Positions 37,864 through 45,577 of a stretch of DNA of 64,000 bases are shown piece by piece. The DNA is taken from the IMG/VR virus record IMGVR_UViG_3300032227_001172, positions 64,001 to 128,000 of that record; one strand, given 5' to 3'. Position numbers and translations under genes: made by a program. Under the pieces are notes generated by a model. That model had not been told where the DNA came from and made no database searches. It was given only the letters and a program-made list of their open reading frames with translations. This stretch comes from a virus. Lineage: Duplodnaviria > Caudoviricetes. Positions within the stretch are counted from its first letter, which is position 1; each line of letters begins with the position of its first letter.

Positions 37864-38906
37864 TATTTTTTCCTATTTAATTCTTGTAATCGTGCCCTTA
37901 ATTCTTGTCTGACATCAGTCAACTCATGTTCTTGTACAGATTGATTATTTTGAACAGCATCTGCTCTGGTCTTAATCTTTTGTAATCCTGCAGAAGAATT
38001 CAATTCCAATATTTCTTTAGTTTGTTCCTTATCATTGCCAGATATAAAAAATACTTCTTTACTATTTTTTATTTTCTCGCTTACCATATTATCTACACCC
38101 TTTTCCTTTTTTTGTTTCAAATTTTGTCGTTTTTGTACAATCATCCATCCATCTAGAGCATCATCATCGGAGATGATATTATCATCTGGACATTCTGGAT
38201 GTTCATAAATTTTATCATACATACTACTAATATTTAATAATGCCTTCTGTTCTTCCGAATAGTATATAGAAGGATATGGAAATAAATTATGTTTACTATT
38301 AACATACATATTACGCCAATATTCACTACGAGCTATGGTTTTATATGTTGTCATATCAATACTATTTTTAGCAATTTCCTGTACAATATTATTAAATAAT
38401 ATAGAATCAATATCAGAATCTTTAAATGCTAAGTTGTCACTTTTATAATTATATAATGTGTTTTTAATAAGAAATTCATATTTAGCATTTTCAGCAAAAT
38501 TTTCTAACACTAAAAAAGAAATAGAATGAAAATCATTATTCAGCTTAGATAGGGTATGCCTAATACTCGATATGCTATTTTTATTATTTCTAATTTTTTT
38601 ACTATCTAGATATTCAGAAAATAATTTTACTTTAGCATTCTCTAATCTCAACTCATTATCTTTAACTATTTCAGTATGTAGAGAAGATATGATCTTAAAA
38701 TTGATAAGATAATGTTTTAGATCTTCTATTAGAATAAAGTCCTTATATAGATTATCTTCATAGACTTCATTATAAACCAAATCCGCCTCTAGTTTCAGGT
38801 CTAGAGACGGGGTTCTGAGTTCATACAGACTATCTTCGTATTTGATAATCTGTTTACCACTAATAATTCTATGAACTAATTGTTCTATGCTTTTGTCTTC
38901 GTTCAC
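37863..38906 (-). CDS. Hypothetical helical protein, possible tail assembly chaperone (347 aa)
   Basis: GTG start; lies between tube and TMP; YDKIYEHPECP...DDDALDGW motif; overall layout resembles the 289-aa neighbour (x-R-x-P-S-L near the N-terminus, central coiled coil, ENAKYEFLI vs DNARFNYLV). Confidence 0.6.
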   Translation of the reverse strand: MNEDKSIEQLVHRIISGKQIIKYEDSLYELRTPSLDLKLEADLVYNEVYEDNLYKDFILIEDLKHYLINFKIISSLHTEIVKDNELRLENAKVKLFSEYLDSKKIRNNKNSISSIRHTLSKLNNDFHSISFLVLENFAENAKYEFLIKNTLYNYKSDNLAFKDSDIDSILFNNIVQEIAKNSIDMTTYKTIARSEYWRNMYVNSKHNLFPYPSIYYSEEQKALLNISSMYDKIYEHPECPDDNIISDDDALDGWMIVQKRQNLKQKKEKGVDNMVSEKIKNSKEVFFISGNDKEQTKEILELNSSAGLQKIKTRADAVQNNQSVQEHELTDVRQELRARLQELNRKK

Positions 38907-38980
38907 TTATCAATATAATCCATCCTTTTCTTCCCACAATAATTTCTTAAACTATACCTAGCCTATCATCTCCATTAAAC

Positions 38981-40078
38981 TTAGTTTAATGGGAATGTAG
39001 TAGTAGAGACAACAGAACTATATTCGATAGCATCGTCTCTAACATTACTAGCATTTAGAGCATCGTTTGGCCCGATGTATGTAAATGTATTATAGGTAAG
39101 ATAACTATAAGTAGCAGTAGCATTACCACCACCTGTATCTCCACCGGTATAGTTAACGCTTTGTAACTTGTTCTTACTGCCTAGATCCATTACTGTGCCG
39201 TCGCAAAGAACAATCTTGATTTGTTTATCAAGAAGTGCCTTTGGATTGTCACATGAAACGTTTGTTTCACTAGCACCCACCATGTCACCAGTAGCAGCAA
39301 TAACTTCAACTTCGGTAGTAATTTCAACTGGGAAATTAACATAACGAGTATATGGAGTTCTGTCTCCAAGATTATAAATGGCTTCACGACCAAGATCCAT
39401 ACTCACAGTAATACTTTGTATCTTACTAACATTTGGAATACCACCACTAGCTGATGTTGTAGCTGGATCAGTTAGAGCGGTAACAATGGGTAGTACAGAT
39501 TCTGAGTCATTAAACATTTGTCTACGCATAATACCAGCACCACTATTTGGATTATCAGCTTGTGGTCTCTGACCAACAGAACCTAAAGCAGCCGTTGGTG
39601 CTGTTGTTAGCCATCTCTTGCTATTAGCAACTAGAGTAACCTCTTCTGTAAAATTACCTTCTGCAGGCAAGGTATATGTTACGCTACTTAGATAGGCTGG
39701 CATAATTTCACAAGCAGCAATAGCTGTGCCAGTAGCAGAGATATCTGTATCTGAATGAATTGTTAGTCTTACGCCACATCTGTGATTAGCTAGACTAGCA
39801 AGTGTGCCAGTTCCCATGGTCATAGAATATAGGGTTGGCTGACCATCTAATACTTTATTTAGGGTTACCTCAACGTCGGGAATATCTTCATAGTTATCAT
39901 ATAGATCAAGCTGACCTAGCTGATATACTGGATCGAGATTAAAATTGGTATTAATACCAACACTTTGTAAACCCTGAACAACATTAAATGCTGTATTTTC
40001 TGAGGTTCCGGTTAAACCAGATGGTCCGTTGAGCTGAACAGACTGACAAGCGTAATAAACTCTATTATTGTTGGCCAT
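38981..40078 (-). CDS. Major tail tube protein with two tandem tube domains (365 aa)
   Basis: SD GGAGA; Thr/Gly/Val-rich; two tube-type repeats (LQSVGINTNFNLDPVYQLG / IQSITVSMDLGREAIYNLG); position between terminator-like protein and chaperones. Confidence 0.8.
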   Translation of the reverse strand: MANNNRVYYACQSVQLNGPSGLTGTSENTAFNVVQGLQSVGINTNFNLDPVYQLGQLDLYDNYEDIPDVEVTLNKVLDGQPTLYSMTMGTGTLASLANHRCGVRLTIHSDTDISATGTAIAACEIMPAYLSSVTYTLPAEGNFTEEVTLVANSKRWLTTAPTAALGSVGQRPQADNPNSGAGIMRRQMFNDSESVLPIVTALTDPATTSASGGIPNVSKIQSITVSMDLGREAIYNLGDRTPYTRYVNFPVEITTEVEVIAATGDMVGASETNVSCDNPKALLDKQIKIVLCDGTVMDLGSKNKLQSVNYTGGDTGGGNATATYSYLTYNTFTYIGPNDALNASNVRDDAIEYSSVVSTTTFPLN

Positions 40079-40130
40079 ATGAAATCTCCGAAATGAGTGG
40101 TAAAACTATGTTTTATGAGAGATAAAAATT

Positions 40131-41102
40131 TTATATTATTGTTTCCGACGTTAATCTAATTGTACACCAATATAAATTTTTATTTAGGCTTTCCATGTTC
40201 AAAATATCTACATTCTTGATATAGGTCTTATTCCAAAAATATTGTTTAATTAAATTATCATATAATAATCCACTAATATTGACTGATCCACGATAATCTA
40301 TTGGATAAACTCCACTTTTGACAACTTTATTTAAATCATAAAGCTCTAGGGTTCGTTCTTTCTGTAATCTAATAATATCGGCTAGTCTATTTTTATCCGA
40401 AGCACTTTCAGCCAATACATGTAACATAAAATCTTGTCCAACAATCATAGAATCGCTACCTAATTGCCATGGATTAGAATAGCTATTAGAAGCTGGCTCT
40501 ATAATAATACACGGCATTTGTGCTCTATGATTAGCTCCAAGATTATAATCTCCTTTATCTATTTGATTGATTTGGGGAGATGGCTGATAAGCTAATTCTT
40601 GTAGTTGTTTGATATATGGATCAGAACTGAACTTATAAACCTGACACCATCTATAGGCATAATTTAATTCTAATTTTGTGGTTTTTGGTAAGGGTTTATC
40701 AAAAATAATCTGACCTAATGGATAATTAATATAATAACCGGTTGTTGCTATGCCTGTTGGTCCAGGTACAAATACACTGTTGATAAATACTCCTGAGATA
40801 TTTTTAGGACTATAATTATTAGTCCCGTCATTATATACGCATCCACTTTCCCATACCCAATCCTTTTTTGGTCCTTGCCAAACCTGTCCTGCTCGATATC
40901 CTTGTACTTCGACAGTTTTCAATTGATGAAAAGTACCACCATATAAACCACTGGTTGGAATATTTACATTAATAAAACCGCCAATATTTAAAAATCCCCA
41001 ATCTAAATATGCTTTTAGATTTTCTTCGACTTCGTTGATTAGATTATTTTCAGTTAATTGAGAAACACCTTTGAATGCGGTGTATTGAGAGCAGCTGCTC
41101 AT
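40131..41102 (-). CDS. Probable tail terminator/completion protein (323 aa)
   Basis: Directly upstream of tube; C-terminal MPCIIIE...WQLGS...QDFMLHVLAE...RLADII pattern typical of tail-terminator folds; ATGA overlap with the upstream gene. Confidence 0.55.
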   Translation of the reverse strand: MSSCSQYTAFKGVSQLTENNLINEVEENLKAYLDWGFLNIGGFINVNIPTSGLYGGTFHQLKTVEVQGYRAGQVWQGPKKDWVWESGCVYNDGTNNYSPKNISGVFINSVFVPGPTGIATTGYYINYPLGQIIFDKPLPKTTKLELNYAYRWCQVYKFSSDPYIKQLQELAYQPSPQINQIDKGDYNLGANHRAQMPCIIIEPASNSYSNPWQLGSDSMIVGQDFMLHVLAESASDKNRLADIIRLQKERTLELYDLNKVVKSGVYPIDYRGSVNISGLLYDNLIKQYFWNKTYIKNVDILNMESLNKNLYWCTIRLTSETII

Positions 41103-41752
41103 AGAGCTTTCTCCAATTCTGTTTGTAATATATTTTCTATCTGAGAATCTAATTTGCTAATAGCTCTATACACCCAATTATTATTGGTAGTACCAGCATA
41201 TTGTGGTGGCATACGCCAATTCTCTGTGGAGCTAACCATAATAGCGTTGCCTGATCTAGAATTAGGATGCGAACCCATTTTGACAACATAATTACGTATT
41301 AAAATATCTCCACCGGCCAATAATAACCAATAAAGCCATGGTATAACTGAACCAGTATTTTGATCAACAATAGAAGCACTATCTTTAGATAGAACATCCG
41401 AATAATCTTCTTTGATCATGCTTATAGCAATACCACCCATTAATCTAGAACCAGTAATCTGAATAGGTTGAATATTTACGTCTATATTGGAAATCCAGGT
41501 ATCAACTATATCCGCTATTTTTAAATTACTGTCTATACCTAGTTCATACTTTAATTGACCAGACATCAATGATTGATATTCAGGTTCTGTAATAATAGCA
41601 TCTCTAACCAACTGCTGTATTTTATTAACTAAATTAGGTCGCATTTTTATAAAAGCTTCATCCATAACAGAAGCCAATATATCTAAAATACTACGCTCTA
41701 TAGTAGAATTATTTTCAACAATATTTAAGCTTAATCTCATGCTTTTTTCCAC
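41099..41752 (-). CDS. Neck/tail-completion protein (217 aa)
   Basis: Position in the neck cluster; IPWLYWLL...SRSG...GTTNNNWVYRAI...IENILQTEL resembles HK97-gp10-like neck proteins. True start may be the second Met (MRLSL), which overlaps the upstream TGA. Confidence 0.5.
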   Translation of the reverse strand: MEKSMRLSLNIVENNSTIERSILDILASVMDEAFIKMRPNLVNKIQQLVRDAIITEPEYQSLMSGQLKYELGIDSNLKIADIVDTWISNIDVNIQPIQITGSRLMGGIAISMIKEDYSDVLSKDSASIVDQNTGSVIPWLYWLLLAGGDILIRNYVVKMGSHPNSRSGNAIMVSSTENWRMPPQYAGTTNNNWVYRAISKLDSQIENILQTELEKAL

Positions 41753-42255
41753 ATTGTAATTATATAATCATTAGATCCTAATCCAACAGGTTGTGGTTCT
41801 CCAGCTCTAGTATATGTAAAGTGCGCATAGTTACTTAGTGTATTATCCATAACTAATTGTTTAGCTTCTCTAAGTTTAGGCAGTAAAGAGATGCTACATA
41901 AACTTTGAACCATGCCATCAGGAATATTAACAGTATTCGATCCCCAATTTAGAAAATATTTACTATCAAAAATAATAGCTAAATGAACAACTTCGTCTGT
42001 AGCCGTATCAATAAATCCAAAACCATTACACACAGGACAAATAGTATTAGATGGAAAATTAACAGCTGCGGTTGTTTTTGGTCTATTAGCAGATCGTTGA
42101 TTAATCGGATCAAATTCACAATTATAGCATGTGTTTCGTTTTGTATTTTCATATTTTATGGTACATGGTACTGTCAAAGAATTTTGAGCTAATAAAGTAT
42201 CTATAGAGTCTCTGAATATCTGTTTGAATTCTGGAGTAATTAAATTATTAAACAT
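41737..42255 (-). CDS. Probable head-closure/adaptor protein with zinc-finger insertion (172 aa)
   Basis: SD AAGAGG; CYNC...CPVCNGFG; beta-rich C-terminus ending YIITMWKK; first gene of the neck cluster. Confidence 0.5.
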   Translation of the reverse strand: MFNNLITPEFKQIFRDSIDTLLAQNSLTVPCTIKYENTKRNTCYNCEFDPINQRSANRPKTTAAVNFPSNTICPVCNGFGFIDTATDEVVHLAIIFDSKYFLNWGSNTVNIPDGMVQSLCSISLLPKLREAKQLVMDNTLSNYAHFTYTRAGEPQPVGLGSNDYIITMWKKA

Positions 42256-42268
42256 TTATACCTCTTAT

Positions 42269-45200
42269 TTATAAAGAACTACAATTATAATTGCCATAAT
42301 TAGTATCTGGTAAACCGTTTGGTATCCAGTACTGTGAAGAACCGATGGATCGTAAATGAGATGTTCCATTACCGCTCGGATGTCTATTAGCATCATACAT
42401 AGAATAATATAATGGATAATATCCGCTTAAACACTTTGCTGTTTCAGAATGATCTAAAACAAAAGAACTCATAGCCGTTAAAGTACTAAAAGCACTAATA
42501 GATTTTACAACTACGCTTATATTGATAGTCTCATCATTTCTATTATTAATATTTTGACCAGATACTGCAAGATACGATGATACTAAACCATTCAAACCAG
42601 ATATGTATGGACTACCATTTAGTGACCAACTATACGTCAGATCTGTGGCTGTTCCCTGTGTTAGTGTGCCAAAAATATTCTGATTGCCAGCGACTAGAGA
42701 CGAAACACCAGATACAATATTTAAACTTGTAAGAATAGTTTCTGGTAGCACATTAATGGTAAATGTTTTTTCAAAAAATCTAGATGTTTGATCTGTGGTT
42801 CTTATTCTAATATTGTGTGTAGGTTGAATATCATTACTTAATAGCTGTTTAACTCTTAGTTCATTATTAGCTATAGTGAATTTAATATTGTCAGTATCTC
42901 CAGTACCAGTAGCAAAAGCATATGTATGAGTATCTCCTATATTTGCATCTGTTGTAGATAAAATGCCTATAATTGAATTAATACTGGCTTTTTCACTAAC
43001 TTTATTCTCCGATAACAGTAAATTAGTGGGGGCGTATGGGAATTTTTGTAATACTCCGTTAGGCATGTAATACGTAACGCTATTAATAGCATATGATGTA
43101 TACGAACCATTCCCACCATTTAGTAATCCGTATTGTGTTGCTGAAGTAGGATTTGTAAATAATGGATAGTGCCCGTCTACTGTTAAAGGAGATAACGATG
43201 GAGATAATTCTTGAGAAATTTTTTGTTGTTTTGAATAATTACCAATAATATATGGATAAGTAGGAATTAATAAACTATTACTAGTGAATGTTAAATAATA
43301 TGCATAAGTACCCTCTGGATATTCTGGGGTTACAGCATACCTACCATTGTATTGGTCTAGAATTCCAGATCCTTCACCATAATAAAAATCTTCTACAAAT
43401 GCACCACCAGTTAAATTATAGGTAATGTCATTAACAGAAACAGCGTTGGTAAATTTCCAATTAGCTGGCCTATGGTCGTCATTGGTTTTAACTACATATG
43501 AACTAGTCATTAATGATACACCGCTGTCTGGTGTCTCAGAATCAGTATATCCGAAAGGTCCATATATTGGATAGCCATCATAACAAAAGCCCAACATCTT
43601 GGAATGTCCATCGCTATGACGAAAATAATCATTGTTATAATTACTGCCACTATAATAAATATTGCTATTATATACCTTTTCATCATTCCAACATCTATTC
43701 AAAAATTTACCATTATAGTAAGAATATTTTCTATCAAAATCGACATAGCCGCCGCAATCATCTAGTTTAAAAAAGGTATTGAAAAAAGTTCTGTTGTAAT
43801 GGAATCCGCTTGGTGGAGCATATAATCCAACAGCTTCTGAACCAGCTGATGGACTTGCTACAAGAACACCGTTATTCAATATTCCGTTAAAGCCACTAGT
43901 AGCTAATTCTGGGGCAGAAGTATTGGTGCCTCCACGATATCTAAAAATTATATGATAAATTTGATCTACAATTTCATAATTATTAAAAAATGCTGATCGT
44001 AAACTTATTCCGTCATTGACTAAATTATCTCCAGCTTTGGCTGGGTATGGATCTCCGTCGCTATCCACTACTAGATATGATCCAGAAAAAGAGATGTTTG
44101 TTATACTCGGATAATTACCAGTACTATTGGAAATAGATAAACTGTCTGCTGCAAACCATGGGTCGGTTGGTAGCTTGATTCTTTTCCAGCTATTGGGACT
44201 TACACATAAATATACATAATTATCATCATAAAATACTTCTCCTGGTCTACCAATCGAAGATGGACTATATAAAGTACCAGTATTGAACGGCGTAAATACT
44301 TGATCTAAATCAAATATAACAGCATTATATGCATCACTATAAGACAAATCAATACCCCTACCACCAACAAGATTTAATTTTTCATTATTAGATAAGTTCA
44401 AATTAATTCTAGGATTATCCAAATTTGTAGAGGAATCACCTATGGTTAATCTGATATCGGGAGGATCTGGAAAATCTATAGTATTATTATCTATTTTAAG
44501 ATATTCCAAATCATTCCATTCGGAAGTATTGTCTCCGATTTTCATTCTTTTTGTATCTGTTTCATAACCGGGTTCGCCTATGGCCAAAATTGGATTAACT
44601 CCACTCCAATTAGTAGACGTGTCTCTTCTTAGTCTTATCCGCGTATAGTTAGCGCTATTAAAATTAAAAGATGTAACAGTTTTGGGTTCTTCTGGTGTTA
44701 CAATAGCAGACTCTATAGAGTAGGATCCTTTACCAACTAAATTCAGTGCTGCTACCCTAAAAATATAATCATGATCATTAATTAAGTTTAATACATTAAT
44801 ACCAGTAGTTGGAGTATTAATAGTATACGGTGTCCATGATACTTCATTATTAGTTAAATCCAAAAATTGAACATTATATCCTGTTACTGGACTTCCTCCA
44901 TCGTCTGATGGAGAATTCCAAAAAACAGCTGCAGATTTGTCTGCTCCAGAAGCTACTACATTAACAGGTCTTCCTGGGATACGAGCATAATAGCTAACAT
45001 TAACATAATTAAATGACATATCTCTTAAACCAGTAGATATATCAGAAGGCTTAAATGCTAAAGTAAGATATGAATTAGTATTCCATCCTGGTGATTTATT
45101 AAGTTCGGACACGCCACTAGTAATATCTAAATTTACAATATAATCAGGATCTTGTGGGAATGGTTTACTACTAACAAAACCTGAAAGATTAATTGGATTA

Positions 45201-45577
45201 CTAGGAAAAGCATTAAAATTTTCAGATAAAAAAGAGGCTTGGTTATAATCATTAAAATTATTAAAATTACATGCTAAATTAGCACTAATATTTCTAGGAT
45301 ATCCAGAAACATCAAACAAACCAAAATTAACACTAATAGACCGTAAAGTATTTCTATGAATATTTAATGGTAATAATAAAACAGTGGCATAGTTGCCTGC
45401 GTCTGCTGACTTAAAAGTAGTCATACCTCCAGAATAATAACCAATCATAGAATATAGATCAAGACCTGTAGGATTACCTAGAAAATCTATTCTGGTTTCA
45501 TTACTAGTATTAATCTGATATACTCGATATAATTTATTTATATCTGGATATAAAATCTTATTTAGTATAACACTCAT
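42269..45577 (-). CDS. Multidomain virion surface protein: FN3, Mtd_N, YHYH-like, cadherin-like (1102 aa)
   Basis: FN3 (PGRPVNV...WNSPSDDGGSPVTGY...YIFRVAALNLVGKG); Mtd_N (RIRLRRDTSTNWSGVNPILAIGEPGYETDTKRMKIGD); YHYH-family core (HSKMLGFCYDGYPIYGPFG...LDQYNGR...TPEYPEGTYAY); cadherin (PTNLLLSENKVSE...DTDNIKFTI...IRIRTTDQ...FEKTFTINV). Confidence 0.85.
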   Translation of the reverse strand: MSVILNKILYPDINKLYRVYQINTSNETRIDFLGNPTGLDLYSMIGYYSGGMTTFKSADAGNYATVLLLPLNIHRNTLRSISVNFGLFDVSGYPRNISANLACNFNNFNDYNQASFLSENFNAFPSNPINLSGFVSSKPFPQDPDYIVNLDITSGVSELNKSPGWNTNSYLTLAFKPSDISTGLRDMSFNYVNVSYYARIPGRPVNVVASGADKSAAVFWNSPSDDGGSPVTGYNVQFLDLTNNEVSWTPYTINTPTTGINVLNLINDHDYIFRVAALNLVGKGSYSIESAIVTPEEPKTVTSFNFNSANYTRIRLRRDTSTNWSGVNPILAIGEPGYETDTKRMKIGDNTSEWNDLEYLKIDNNTIDFPDPPDIRLTIGDSSTNLDNPRINLNLSNNEKLNLVGGRGIDLSYSDAYNAVIFDLDQVFTPFNTGTLYSPSSIGRPGEVFYDDNYVYLCVSPNSWKRIKLPTDPWFAADSLSISNSTGNYPSITNISFSGSYLVVDSDGDPYPAKAGDNLVNDGISLRSAFFNNYEIVDQIYHIIFRYRGGTNTSAPELATSGFNGILNNGVLVASPSAGSEAVGLYAPPSGFHYNRTFFNTFFKLDDCGGYVDFDRKYSYYNGKFLNRCWNDEKVYNSNIYYSGSNYNNDYFRHSDGHSKMLGFCYDGYPIYGPFGYTDSETPDSGVSLMTSSYVVKTNDDHRPANWKFTNAVSVNDITYNLTGGAFVEDFYYGEGSGILDQYNGRYAVTPEYPEGTYAYYLTFTSNSLLIPTYPYIIGNYSKQQKISQELSPSLSPLTVDGHYPLFTNPTSATQYGLLNGGNGSYTSYAINSVTYYMPNGVLQKFPYAPTNLLLSENKVSEKASINSIIGILSTTDANIGDTHTYAFATGTGDTDNIKFTIANNELRVKQLLSNDIQPTHNIRIRTTDQTSRFFEKTFTINVLPETILTSLNIVSGVSSLVAGNQNIFGTLTQGTATDLTYSWSLNGSPYISGLNGLVSSYLAVSGQNINNRNDETINISVVVKSISAFSTLTAMSSFVLDHSETAKCLSGYYPLYYSMYDANRHPSGNGTSHLRSIGSSQYWIPNGLPDTNYGNYNCSSL

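Noticed and set aside
44495-44645. Mtd_N domain as evidence of a diversity-generating retroelement
   Set aside because: Only the N-terminal anchoring domain is present; no C-type-lectin variable region, template repeat or RT in the window.
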